DNA from: Terriglobia bacterium
Lineage (GTDB): Bacteria; Acidobacteriota; Terriglobia; 20CM-2-55-15
Length of the DNA: 64,000 nucleotides
NCBI GenBank assembly: GCA_965218585.1
Contig: CBDCLE010000025.1
Span: forward strand, 1-64,000
Direction: 5' to 3'
The number at the start of each line of letters is the position of its first letter. The stretch's first letter is position 1. The notes beneath the pieces were generated by a model. That model worked only from the letters and a program-made list of their open reading frames with translations, was not told the origin of the DNA and did not search any database. The translations under genes were made by a program, and so were the position numbers. This document shows positions 39,912 to 50,145 of the stretch, in pieces.

Positions 39912-40808
39912 ATGGACTCTAACGGTAACCCGATTTCGATGCCTCCGCAGGATGACCTGACCGAGGTAGAGAAGCCTACTTCGCTGCTTATAGCGCAGTT
40001 CTTTCTGTTCCCGCTCATCGTTATTGCGTTCGGGATCGGCATTTTTGTCCTGTTTGGCTTTGTCGCTTACGACCAGAAGGCTCCGGAAGCCTACCTGCAA
40101 GAAATCCGTCAGGGTTCAGCAGGTTCCCCATTTGACACGCGCCGGTGGCAGGCTGCACTTGAACTCTCGAGAGTCATTGCAGCCGACAGCGGTGAACTCA
40201 GAAGCTCGGGTTTCGGGCTGGAGCTCCTGGAGGTGTACAAGAACGCAAAGGCAGACGATCCTCGTATTCGCCAGTTCCTGGCCGTGAGCCTCGGACATCT
40301 TGGGGATCCGGCAGCCGTTCCGGCCCTGATCGAAGGTCTCTCTGACCCAGCTGTAGAAACGCAGATCTGGACACTCTGGTCACTTGGATCGATTGGGGAT
40401 CGGTCTGCAGCACAGTCGGTCGTCCCCATGACCCAGAACAGCGACGCCGGAGTTCGGAAGATGGCCGTTTACATACTGGGAACCCTTGAGGATCCGGCGA
40501 CGATTCGTGATCTGCAGGTGGCCCTCAACGATCCGGCAGCGGACGTTCGGTGGAACGCGGCTATGGCACTGGCTCAGATGAAAGACGCTGCGGGCGCTGA
40601 AATACTACTGGAACTCACGGACCGCAACTACCTGTTGCAGTTCGGGGATATATCCGCAGAAGAACGCGACAACGTCATCGTAAACGCGGTTAAGAGCCTC
40701 GGCATGCTGAAGCTCGAAGGGGCCAGGGACCGCCTTGCTTCTTTGAGCAAGAGCGATCCGAGTTTGACCGTCCGGGATGCCGCACTGGAAGCATTGGAGA
40801 CGTACTAG
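39912..40808 (+). CDS. Membrane-anchored HEAT-repeat protein
   Basis: One TM segment, then repeats like AVPALIEGLSDP, VRKMAVYILG and DVRWNAAMAL. Confidence 0.82.
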   Translation: MDSNGNPISMPPQDDLTEVEKPTSLLIAQFFLFPLIVIAFGIGIFVLFGFVAYDQKAPEAYLQEIRQGSAGSPFDTRRWQAALELSRVIAADSGELRSSGFGLELLEVYKNAKADDPRIRQFLAVSLGHLGDPAAVPALIEGLSDPAVETQIWTLWSLGSIGDRSAAQSVVPMTQNSDAGVRKMAVYILGTLEDPATIRDLQVALNDPAADVRWNAAMALAQMKDAAGAEILLELTDRNYLLQFGDISAEERDNVIVNAVKSLGMLKLEGARDRLASLSKSDPSLTVRDAALEALETY

Positions 40809-40868
40809 GCGATTAGTTTTGATTCGTTTTTTTATTACTGACTAGGGTAAGCAAGAGGAGTCATAAAC

Positions 40869-41423
40869 ATGAGCAATGAAAATCCTCCGGCGCCGCCAAA
40901 ATCCCCGGCCGCGAAGCCAAAGGCGCCAGTTAAGAAAGAAGCGTCGCGCAGGTCTTTTCTTTCATGGATGAGCGTGGCATGGATGGCTTTTACGGCGTCC
41001 GTTCTCGCCTCGACCGCAGCAACGGCGCGGTTTATGTTCCCGAACGTTCTGTTTGAACCTCCCTCGAGTTTTCGAGCGGGAACGCCGGACGTCATCCAGG
41101 TTGGACAGGTCGATGAAAGGTTTAAGGATCAGTTTGGTGTCTGGCTCGTCCGCGACGAGGGTGGACTCTACGCCCTGTCGACGACGTGCACGCACCTCGG
41201 TTGTACGCCGAACTGGCTGGAGGCCGAACAGAAGTTCAAGTGTCCGTGCCATGGGAGCGGTTTTTACAAGACCGGCATTAATTTCGAAGGCCCGGCCCCG
41301 CGGCCCCTGGAACGCCATACGATCAGCCTGGCCGAGGACGGCCAGATCGTCGTGGACAAGAGTCAGAAGTACCAGCAAGAAAAAGGCCAGTGGGAACTTC
41401 CTGGAGCCTATTTGCCTCTGTAA
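40869..41423 (+). CDS. Rieske iron-sulfur protein of Rieske/cytochrome b complex
   Basis: Tat motif RRSFL, CTHLGC, CPCHGSGF and GPAPRPL. Confidence 0.93.
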   Translation: MSNENPPAPPKSPAAKPKAPVKKEASRRSFLSWMSVAWMAFTASVLASTAATARFMFPNVLFEPPSSFRAGTPDVIQVGQVDERFKDQFGVWLVRDEGGLYALSTTCTHLGCTPNWLEAEQKFKCPCHGSGFYKTGINFEGPAPRPLERHTISLAEDGQIVVDKSQKYQQEKGQWELPGAYLPL

Positions 41424-41476
41424 GGTTTTCGGATCATTCTGTTTTTGAATAATTCTTTAGGTAGTCAGGTCCTTTT

Positions 41477-42289
41477 ATGAGTCAACTCAAAGAGTTTTTG
41501 TCTAAGCTTTCGCCCGCGAGCATCGGCGATTCGATACAGAAAAGCCAGGTTTACCGCTCGATCTTCCGGGTCGGTGTTCCCAGTTCCGACCGTAAGCGAA
41601 TGCTGGTCATGCTGGGGAACGTGTTTCTCCATCTTCATCCGGTGAAGGTCCGGAAGTCGGGAATCCGGCTCCGCTTTACCTGGTGCATGGGAGGAATCAC
41701 TTTCTTCCTGTTTCTCGTACTTACTTTCACCGGTCTGCTGCTGATGTTCTACTACCGGCCGACACTGGAATACGCGTACGTCGATATCATCGATCTTCGC
41801 GAACAGGTACCGCTCGGAATCATGCGTGAACTTCACCGCTGGGGCGCACACGCCATGGTCATCTCGGTCTGGCTGCACATGTTCCGTGTCTTCATGACTG
41901 GGTCTTACAAGCCACCCCGGGAATTCAATTGGGGTGTCGGCGTGATCCTGCTCGTCCTCACACTCCTGTTAAGTTTCACAGGATATTTGCTCCCGTGGGA
42001 TCAGTTGGCGATGTGGGCTATAACGGTCGGCTCCAACATGGCGAGAGCAACGCCGTTTTTCGGATACGAAGGGCCCGGTGCTGCATTACTCCAACTGGGC
42101 GACGTCAGCCTGGTCAACAGCACGAGCGACGCACGCTTCGCCCTGCTGGGCGGCACGTTTGTCGGAGAAGGCGCCCTCCTCCGCTTCTACGTTCTGCACT
42201 GTGTTGGCCTGCCGCTGGTAGCAGGATTTCTGATGGCCGTTCACTTCTGGCGTATACGCCGTGACGGCGGAATCTCCGGTCCACTATAG
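41477..42289 (+). CDS. Cytochrome b6-type N-terminal subunit
   Basis: [24 protein letters not shown]...[28 protein letters not shown] and GISGPL end. Confidence 0.93.
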   Translation: MSQLKEFLSKLSPASIGDSIQKSQVYRSIFRVGVPSSDRKRMLVMLGNVFLHLHPVKVRKSGIRLRFTWCMGGITFFLFLVLTFTGLLLMFYYRPTLEYAYVDIIDLREQVPLGIMRELHRWGAHAMVISVWLHMFRVFMTGSYKPPREFNWGVGVILLVLTLLLSFTGYLLPWDQLAMWAITVGSNMARATPFFGYEGPGAALLQLGDVSLVNSTSDARFALLGGTFVGEGALLRFYVLHCVGLPLVAGFLMAVHFWRIRRDGGISGPL

Positions 42290-42304
42290 AAAGCGGGAAC
42301 AGTC

Positions 42305-43383
42305 ATGGAATTTATAAAAGACATCATCAACTTGTTGGCGGCCCCGCAGATTCTCATTACGTTGGCCGCGATTCTGCTCTTCGTGTCGGCAAGATATAGG
42401 GAAATCTTCTACAGCACAAAAGCTGCGTTGATCCTCTTTCCGGCCATGACGGTGTTTCTTGCGGTGAGCATGTTGGATGAAGATTTCTTCTTGATCGTGA
42501 GCAAACCCGACAATATCCCCATCGTCGGCATGTTGTTCCTGATCCCGTTTTTCACCTGGTTTGCGATGAACCAGGCGGTACGGAACGACAGGCGAATCGA
42601 TGCAGGAAAGCCGGTGGTGGAAAAGGAAGAAACGGCAGGGAAAGTACTCACCTGGCCCGACCTCGTTTACACAGAACTGATCTGCATGGTTGTATTGACG
42701 TTCGTGTTGATTGGATGGTCGATCCTGATCGCTGCACCGATCGAAGAGCCTGCAAACCCATCGAACACTCCAAATCCCTCCAAGGCGCCCTGGTATTTTC
42801 TCGGACTCCAGGAAATGCTCGTGTATTTCGATCCATGGTTGGCCGGGGTCGTATTCCCAGCCTGATCATTGTGGGTTTGATGGCTATCCCTTATTTCGAC
42901 ACGAATCCCAAGGGAAACGGATATTACACGTTCAAGGAGCGAAGCTGGGAGATCATGATCTTTCTCTTCGGTTTTCTAATCCTCTGGGTGCTCCTGGTGA
43001 TACTCGGTACTTTCCTGAGGGGACCGAACTGGAATTTCTTTGGGCCTTACGAGTATTGGGACATTCACAAACTGGAAGCGCTGGTCAACGTCAATCTATC
43101 CGAGTACATCTGGGTCAGCCTGCTGGGCGTGGGGTTGCCCTCGAACATTCTGGTAAGAGAAATGTTCGGTTTTATAGCGGTTCTGGCTTACCTTCTGGCC
43201 GTCCCGGCGCTCCTGGCCAAAACCTGGTTCAAGGGCTTTTACAAGACGCTGGGCCCGACCCGGTATCACGTCATGGTGTTTCTGTTGCTCGCAATGGCGT
43301 CCCTGCCCATCAAGATGGGGCTGCGATGGCTGTTGAACATGAAATACATCATTGGCATACCGGAATACTTCTTCAACATTTAG
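42305..43383 (+). pseudogene. Cytochrome b subunit IV-like protein, one frameshift near 42858 (possible sequence error)
   Basis: TWPDLV, PIEEPANP, KAPWYFLGLQE, then continues in another frame LIIVGLMAIPYFD...LGTFLRGPNW. One missing C in TTCCCAGCC restores the frame. Confidence 0.78.
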
Positions 43384-43422
43384 GCGCAGTTTTAGACATT
43401 TCAGATCGAACTGGAGAGAGCA

Positions 43423-46329
43423 TTGAGTAGCGAAACACCCAACGGCGGAGCAAACAAGCCCGCAATTCCACCCCCTGCAAAAAAGGATCCCGCACTCAAC
43501 ATCGGACTTCGAGGGGATCGGCTGTACGAGATCAACAACCTCCACAAGTGGTTTGCGATCTCCAGCCTGCTTCTCTTCGGTTTCACTGTCTGGATGATCA
43601 TGTTTGATTACAGCCGGGAGTGGAAGCAATACCAGAGATCTTTCAACCGGTTGAGTATCCAGCAGACCCAGCAGGCTATGGACAACGCTGCTAACGCGAT
43701 CGACCGCCCCCAGTTTGACCAGCTTTCGGGCCAGCTCGCCCAGGCTCAGGCCAATCTGGCGCAGAACGAGAGTGAAGTTGAACGGATCCAGGGCGAGATA
43801 GACGACTTGAATGCCGAGTTCTACGCCGCCGACCAGAACTTCCGGTTTACCCGGGCCACATACGATGTTGAAAGGTATGAATTCGAAGAAGCAGTCGCGA
43901 ACGATCCCGACAACTCCGAACCCTTGCGCCTGAGAGCTGAAGGAACCCTCGCCGAGATTAACGAATTTGAACGGCGGGTAGAAGAACTGACTCTGGCGAC
44001 ACGCGACGCAGAAGACGAATTGAATACCTATATCGGTCAACGAGATCAGATTCAGGAGGGCATCGACGAATTGCTGGGGGACTTCAACCAGCTGCAAGCG
44101 ACGATGGACACAATCAATCCGGGACTCATCGTGACGTCGTTCCGTAACGCGCCGGTCCTGGATTTCTTAAATCCGTCGGAACAGGTAAACCAGCTGCTGC
44201 TGCCGAACCTCCACAACGACCATCCCTTCATGCAGATACCCCGTGTAGACCGGTGCACCACCTGTCATCTGGGAATCGATCAGGCCGCGTTCGAAGAGGC
44301 GCCGCAGCCATTCACGACACACCCCGAGCTGGACAGGTTTCTCGGCAGCAACTCGCCCCACCCGATCGACGGTTTCGGCTGCACCACCTGCCACGCCGGG
44401 CTCGACCGGGCAATCGAGTTTACGCGCGCGGGTCACACGCCGGTCGATGCAGCGGAACGTGAGGAATGGGAAGAGACCTACGGCTGGGAGGAACAGGAAT
44501 TTCTGGAAAGCCCGATGCTGCCCTTAAATCGCACTGAGGCCAGTTGCTTGAAGTGCCACACCGGTGCAGGTGACGTGCCCGAGGCCGCGAGCCTGAACCT
44601 TGGGCGAGATCTCGTTCGGACCTACGGCTGCTTCGGCTGTCATCGAATTCCAGGTTATGAGGACGTACGCCGCGTCGGCCCGGACCTGACGACCATCGAC
44701 AGCAAGCTCGAATCCGACTGGGTCAAAAGATGGCTTCGCGAACCCCGTGCTTTTAAAGCCGAAGCACGCATGCCTCAGTTCTGGTTCAACTCCAACAACA
44801 GCGGACCGGAATTCGAAGCGCGAAACAACGCCGAGATCAATGCGATTACCGACTTCCTCTTCTCGAAGTCGCAGCCCAGCCCCGTGGGCGCGGCAGAGAC
44901 CAACGGAAACGCGGAAAGAGGGCAGGAACTGATCGAAACGGTAGGGTGCATGGGCTGCCATGCCATCGGCCCGATGGAAGAGGACGAGACCCGGACCCAG
45001 CACCGTCGCCGCTTTGGATACAACCTGGAAGCTCAGGGCAGCAAGGTCTCCATCGAGTGGCTGTATAACTGGGTCCGGGATCCACAGAGTGTCTGGGATG
45101 ACACAAACATGCCGAACCTGCGCCTGACCGACGACGAAGCAGCCGATGTCGCTGCCTACCTCGCTTCGTTGACCAACCCCGAATTCGAAACGACTCCGGT
45201 TCCTGAAACCGACGAAGCCGCACTCGATGAAATCACTCTGGAGTTTCTCCGTGCGGGCCTGACAGGCATCGAAGCCCAAGAGTCCCTCCAGGGGATGTCG
45301 CTCGAAGAAAAGACGTTGTATTCCGGCGAACGCCTGATCGCTCGATATGGTTGCTTCGGGTGCCATACAATCGAGGGCTTCGAAGATACGCAGCCTATCG
45401 GAACCGAACTCACCGAAGCCGGTAGCAAGTTGCTCCCGCGACTGGACTTCGGTTTCCTCGACATCGAACACAATCGGAGTTCCTGGTACGAACAGAAACT
45501 CCGGGATCCTCGCATTTTCGATGTGGGACGCGTGAAACGGCCGGAAGAACTCGCCCGGATGCCTGACTACAAATTTACGGACGAACAGATCGATTCCATC
45601 GTTCTCGTCCTGACCGGAATGGTCAAGGACGAGGTAATACCGGAAATGCGGAACGATCTTACCGAAGCGATCGAGGCAGGACGGGCTCTGGTCGCACAAC
45701 GGAACTGTCGAGGGTGCCACGAAATAGAAAGTGGTGGTGGTGACATCCGTTCGACGATAGAAGACGCCGCATTCTGGCCACCCTTGCTGAACACACAGGG
45801 CGCCAAAACCCAACCAGTTTGGCTCCATCCGTTCCTGGAAGATCCAGGTGAACAGACCCTGCGGCCATGGCTGACGACACGCATGCCGACGTTCTATTTC
45901 GACGAGGTGGAAGCCACGACGATCGCACGCTACTTCTCTGCTCTCGACCAGGTCGATTTCCCGTTCATCAACACTGCGATCGCCACGACGAACGAGCGTC
46001 TCCAGGTCGGCGAAGAGTTGTACGAACTTCTGCAGTGCGCCCGGTGTCATCCGGCAGATGGACCGCTGCCTCCGGGGGTTGAGGCTGCCGACCTGGCACC
46101 CGAGCTCCAGATCTCCCACGAAAGGCTACGGCCCGAGTGGGTCCTGGATTGGTTGATAGATCCGCAGCAAATTGCCCCGGGGACGCGGATGCCAACATTT
46201 TTCCCCGATGGTCAATCACCTTTGCCAGACGTTCTGGATGGAGACGCCGAAGCGCAAATCCAGGCGGTCCGGGACTACCTGTTTCTCACAGTCGGTGAGG
46301 GAGAACGGGCGGAATCAACCGACGACTGA
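43423..46329 (+). CDS. Membrane-anchored multiheme cytochrome c (8 CxxCH)
   Basis: TM segment, long coiled coil, then CTTCH, CTTCH, CLKCH, CFGCH, CMGCH, CFGCH, CRGCH, CARCH, with repeated W-x2-P...RMP class-I domain ends. Confidence 0.92.
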   Translation: MSSETPNGGANKPAIPPPAKKDPALNIGLRGDRLYEINNLHKWFAISSLLLFGFTVWMIMFDYSREWKQYQRSFNRLSIQQTQQAMDNAANAIDRPQFDQLSGQLAQAQANLAQNESEVERIQGEIDDLNAEFYAADQNFRFTRATYDVERYEFEEAVANDPDNSEPLRLRAEGTLAEINEFERRVEELTLATRDAEDELNTYIGQRDQIQEGIDELLGDFNQLQATMDTINPGLIVTSFRNAPVLDFLNPSEQVNQLLLPNLHNDHPFMQIPRVDRCTTCHLGIDQAAFEEAPQPFTTHPELDRFLGSNSPHPIDGFGCTTCHAGLDRAIEFTRAGHTPVDAAEREEWEETYGWEEQEFLESPMLPLNRTEASCLKCHTGAGDVPEAASLNLGRDLVRTYGCFGCHRIPGYEDVRRVGPDLTTIDSKLESDWVKRWLREPRAFKAEARMPQFWFNSNNSGPEFEARNNAEINAITDFLFSKSQPSPVGAAETNGNAERGQELIETVGCMGCHAIGPMEEDETRTQHRRRFGYNLEAQGSKVSIEWLYNWVRDPQSVWDDTNMPNLRLTDDEAADVAAYLASLTNPEFETTPVPETDEAALDEITLEFLRAGLTGIEAQESLQGMSLEEKTLYSGERLIARYGCFGCHTIEGFEDTQPIGTELTEAGSKLLPRLDFGFLDIEHNRSSWYEQKLRDPRIFDVGRVKRPEELARMPDYKFTDEQIDSIVLVLTGMVKDEVIPEMRNDLTEAIEAGRALVAQRNCRGCHEIESGGGDIRSTIEDAAFWPPLLNTQGAKTQPVWLHPFLEDPGEQTLRPWLTTRMPTFYFDEVEATTIARYFSALDQVDFPFINTAIATTNERLQVGEELYELLQCARCHPADGPLPPGVEAADLAPELQISHERLRPEWVLDWLIDPQQIAPGTRMPTFFPDGQSPLPDVLDGDAEAQIQAVRDYLFLTVGEGERAESTDD

Positions 46330-46441
46330 GGGCAAACAAAGTAATCAGGCAGAGCGAAGCCCGTTCGTTTGTAAAACCGTAAAATTAGAGCTAATCTGCA
46401 GATAACGGATTTATTCAACTCGTCTTTAGGAGACTCATTCA

Positions 46442-47230
46442 ATGTATGACAAGAAAGCGTTATTGCTGGTCCTTTCGATGATGGTCCTCGTAGCCGCCGG
46501 ATGCGGCGGCGGCGGTGACGACACAGGCCTGCCTCCGGCCACGGTCGGTGGTGGCGGAGGAGGACCTGCCTACGATGCGTCTACGGCCACCGCCGCCGTT
46601 TCAGGCAGCATCGCGTTCGAAGGCGAAGTACCCGAGATGTCCCTGATTCAGATGGCGGCAGACCCCTTCTGCCAGGAGAACTTTTCCGGGGCAAGAAGCA
46701 AGGAAGTCGTCGTCACTGAGGACAGCCAGCTCGCACACGTGATTCTGTACGTTCGCTCCGGGCATGAAGGCGTATCCTACAGCGTTCCAACCCTGGCGGC
46801 CGTCATCGATCAAAACGGGTGCAGCTACGAGCCGCATGCGTTCACCATGATGTCGGGACAGACGCTGACGATCCGGAACAGTGACGCCACGCTTCACAAC
46901 ATCCACGCGTGGGCCGAAGTCAACACGGCCTTCAACATCGGACAACCCGTTCAGAACATGGAGACAATGCAGGTCTTCGCCCAGCCCGAGATGCCGCTGC
47001 CGATGCGCTGCGACGTCCACCGCTGGATGGAAGCCTTCATCGGCGTGTTCGACCACCCCTTCCACACGACTTCAGGAGAAACGGGTAGCTACAGTCTGGA
47101 CCTGCCTCCCGGAACTTACGAAGTCGTTGCGTGGCATGAACGCTACGGCGAACAGGTCTCGACGGTCACAGTAGCTGACGGAGAAACTGCGGAGCTGGAT
47201 TTTACGTTCTCGGCCGACGCGGCTGACTGA
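46442..47230 (+). CDS. Lipoprotein with cupredoxin-like/carboxypeptidase-regulatory-like fold
   Basis: Lipobox VAAGC, Gly linker, DPFC, NGCSYEPH, LHNIH and RCDVHRWM. Confidence 0.78.
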   Translation: MYDKKALLLVLSMMVLVAAGCGGGGDDTGLPPATVGGGGGGPAYDASTATAAVSGSIAFEGEVPEMSLIQMAADPFCQENFSGARSKEVVVTEDSQLAHVILYVRSGHEGVSYSVPTLAAVIDQNGCSYEPHAFTMMSGQTLTIRNSDATLHNIHAWAEVNTAFNIGQPVQNMETMQVFAQPEMPLPMRCDVHRWMEAFIGVFDHPFHTTSGETGSYSLDLPPGTYEVVAWHERYGEQVSTVTVADGETAELDFTFSADAAD

Positions 47231-48196
47231 ATGGCTGTAGGAGTGGCGGGACCGGAACAGGAGAACATAGGGCTCCACCGGTTCTCGGTATTCACGGCTC
47301 TGTGCACAACCTTCCTGATTTTCGCAGGAGGAATGGTAACGAGCACAGAATCCGGTCTCGCTGTTCCTGACTGGCCTCTCTCCTACGGCATGTTCTTCCC
47401 GCCAATGGTCGGCGGGATTTTTTATGAACACGGCCATCGCATGGTGGCCACATTCGTCGGCTTCCTCACAGTCATCCTGGCAATATGGACCTGGAGGAAA
47501 GAACCCCGGCGCTGGATCCGTTGGTGGTCCTTAGTCGCGCTTGGTGCAGTCATCACCCAGGGTGTGCTCGGTGGAATCACGGTCCTTTTTCTTTTACCAA
47601 CGTCCGTCTCGGTCAGCCATGCCATGCTCGCACAAACATTCTTCTGCATGATCGTTGCAATGGCATTGTTCACATCGCCAGGCTGGAAGCGGGGCTTGCC
47701 TGATGCGGGTCCGCCGAACGGAAGCCCAAGCCTTCCATGGTTGTGCGGACTCACAACCGGAGCCGTCTATCTTCAACTACTCCTCGGAGCGTTGATGCGC
47801 CACACGCAGTCGGGACTGGCCATCCCCGACTTCCCGCTCGCTTTTGGCAGGATCATACCGCCTTTCGACTCGGCTTCGATCCTGATCCATTGCACTCACC
47901 GAATGGGCGCACTGATGGTCACGGTGATGATCACGTGGACACTGATTCGAATTCTTTCCGGCTACAGGAGCCACAGCCGCCTGGTGAAACCCGTTCTGAT
48001 CATGGCCCTGCTCCTGTGTGTTCAGCTAACCCTGGGCGCTTTTACTGTCTGGACAGAAAAGGGCGCAGTCGTCACAACTTTCCACGTCGTAACAGGAGCC
48101 ACGATCCTCGGCGTTTCCTTCCTGCTCACTCTGCAAGCCTTCGCGATGGTTCCCTCCCGAGTTCAAACAAGGGGAACAGCCCCTCAGCCCGCATGA
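47231..48196 (+). CDS. ctaA: Heme A synthase (COX15/CtaA family)
   Basis: SGLAVPDWP, EHGHR, QGVLGG, H-x2-LAQ and HRMG motifs, 8 TM segments. Confidence 0.88.
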   Translation: MAVGVAGPEQENIGLHRFSVFTALCTTFLIFAGGMVTSTESGLAVPDWPLSYGMFFPPMVGGIFYEHGHRMVATFVGFLTVILAIWTWRKEPRRWIRWWSLVALGAVITQGVLGGITVLFLLPTSVSVSHAMLAQTFFCMIVAMALFTSPGWKRGLPDAGPPNGSPSLPWLCGLTTGAVYLQLLLGALMRHTQSGLAIPDFPLAFGRIIPPFDSASILIHCTHRMGALMVTVMITWTLIRILSGYRSHSRLVKPVLIMALLLCVQLTLGAFTVWTEKGAVVTTFHVVTGATILGVSFLLTLQAFAMVPSRVQTRGTAPQPA

Positions 48197-49089
48197 CAAT
48201 GAGAACAATGGGAGCGGACGCCACGATCCGGCACAGCCGCCTCGGGGAGTACCTCGAGCTGACCAAGCCGCGCATCACCTTACTCGTCTTGATCACAACG
48301 GCTGTCGGCTTCTATATGAATTCGACCAGTGGGATCGACGGGCTTCTACTCCTTCATGCCATCGTCGGGGTCGGCCTCGTCGCCGGCGGAGCCAGCGCCC
48401 TGAACCAGTATCAGGAACGACACCAGGACGCCCGTATGCATCGCACCCGAGAACGACCACTGCCAGAGGGTCGCATTACTGAATCCGATGCACTGGTCTT
48501 TTCCTGGTCCATTTCCGTGGCAGGTATCGTGTATCTCCTCCTGTTCACCAATCTCATCACGGGAGTACTCGCGGCTATCACTTTGACGCTATACGTCTTT
48601 CTGTACACACCATTGAAGAGTCGAACGGCACTGGCCATACTCGTGGGTGCGGTACCCGGCGCCGCTCCACCGATTCTTGGTTGGACCTCTGCCGGAGGGG
48701 CAGTGGACGGAATGGCCATCGTTTTGTTTTCGATTGTGTTCCTTTGGCAGATGCCGCACTTTCTTGCGATCGCGTGGTTGTACGACGAAGACTATCCTCG
48801 CGGAGGCTTCCAGAGACTTACAATTCGGAACACGGGAGCGGAGAGCGCGTCCCGCCAGATTATTTTTTACTGCTGTGCTCTGATTCCCATCAGCATCCTG
48901 CCGACCAGTTTCGGCGTGACGGGTAACATCTACATGTTTGGAGCGCTGCTGGCAGGCGTGGTCTATCTTGGTTATGGCCTGGCCGTAGCGCTGTTCCGCT
49001 CTGACGTGGCCGCCCGTCGACTTCTGAAGGCCTCGGTTTTATATCTTCCGGCCGTGTTTCTGCTGATGGTCATCGACAAGGCGATCTAA
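48193..49089 (+). CDS. ctaB: Protoheme IX farnesyltransferase (heme O synthase)
   Basis: LTKPRI, ALNQ...DARMHRTRERPLP, YTPLK and FLWQMPHF. Confidence 0.93.
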   Translation: MTMRTMGADATIRHSRLGEYLELTKPRITLLVLITTAVGFYMNSTSGIDGLLLLHAIVGVGLVAGGASALNQYQERHQDARMHRTRERPLPEGRITESDALVFSWSISVAGIVYLLLFTNLITGVLAAITLTLYVFLYTPLKSRTALAILVGAVPGAAPPILGWTSAGGAVDGMAIVLFSIVFLWQMPHFLAIAWLYDEDYPRGGFQRLTIRNTGAESASRQIIFYCCALIPISILPTSFGVTGNIYMFGALLAGVVYLGYGLAVALFRSDVAARRLLKASVLYLPAVFLLMVIDKAI

Positions 49090-49221
49090 AACGGCGCGAA
49101 CCAACGTGATTGAACATTCAATAGATGCAGGACCTCGACTTGTCCATGGCGGACGAACTGAGGCGCTCAGTCTTCAGCTGTCAGCTCGAAGCAGTCGGCT
49201 GACGATTGAAAGCCGTGTGTC

Positions 49222-50145
49222 ATGACAGCTGTTGAAGTAGAAAATCTGACGCACTACTACGGGGATCGGAAGGCTCTATCCGACGTCAGTTTCCAGGTAG
49301 AAGATGCAGAGATTTTCAGCCTCCTGGGTCCAAACGGTGGCGGTAAGACAACACTGTTCCGAATTCTCTCAACGTTATTTCCTGCGACCGAGGGCACAGC
49401 GAGAATCTTCGATCTTGACGTACGAAAAGATGCATCCGAAGTGCGGCGACAGGTCGGAGTCGTTTTTCAGAATCCCAGTCTCGACATCAAGCTGACTGTC
49501 CGGGAAAATCTTGTTCATCAGGGCCATCTCTACGGCCTCCACGGTACGGCCCTTCGGTCACGAGTCGATGACATGATGGATCAGCTCAGGATTGGTGACC
49601 GAGCTTCCAGTCTTGTTGAGACCTTGTCAGGCGGCCTTCGGAGAAGGGTTGAGCTGGCCAAGGGCATGCTCCATCGGCCTAAACTTCTCATCCTCGATGA
49701 ACCTTCTGTGGGCCTTGATCCGGGAGCACGCCACGATCTGTGGCAGTACCTGGACAGCCTGAAAACTTCCGACGGTGTCACAATCCTTGTGACAACGCAC
49801 CTGATCGATGAGGGGGACCGCGCCGATCATGTATTGATCCTGAACGAAGGACTCGTTGTCGGAACAGGAACGCCAATATCTCTAAAACAGAAGATTGGTG
49901 GGGACATCATCGCTCTTGCAAGTAGAGAACCGGGCTTGCTTTCGGAGAAGATTGCAGGCAAGTTTGCCTTGAAAACTACTGTTTTGAACGGATCCGTTCG
50001 GATCGAGAAAACGGATGGACACGAATTCATTGCCGAGTTGATAGAAGCGTTTCCGGGAGTGATCGATTCGGTGACCCTGGCAAAACCAACGCTGGAGGAC
50101 GTCTTCATCGACAGGACCGGGCATCGTCTCTGGGAGGAATCATGA
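49222..50145 (+). CDS. ABC transporter ATP-binding protein (DrrA-like)
   Basis: GPNGGGKTT, LSGG, LILDEP, TTH and PTLEDVF. Confidence 0.9.
   Translation: MTAVEVENLTHYYGDRKALSDVSFQVEDAEIFSLLGPNGGGKTTLFRILSTLFPATEGTARIFDLDVRKDASEVRRQVGVVFQNPSLDIKLTVRENLVHQGHLYGLHGTALRSRVDDMMDQLRIGDRASSLVETLSGGLRRRVELAKGMLHRPKLLILDEPSVGLDPGARHDLWQYLDSLKTSDGVTILVTTHLIDEGDRADHVLILNEGLVVGTGTPISLKQKIGGDIIALASREPGLLSEKIAGKFALKTTVLNGSVRIEKTDGHEFIAELIEAFPGVIDSVTLAKPTLEDVFIDRTGHRLWEES

Noticed and set aside
42855-42865. Programmed ribosomal frameshift in cytochrome b subunit IV
   Set aside because: No slippery heptamer or stimulatory structure. A single-base loss in a C run explains it.
44524-46119. 531-aa antisense ORF, and similar long shadow ORFs at 14335-15072, 36649-37728, 43096-44097 and 62496-63422
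   Set aside because: They lie opposite well-supported genes, have no motifs and are expected in GC-rich DNA.
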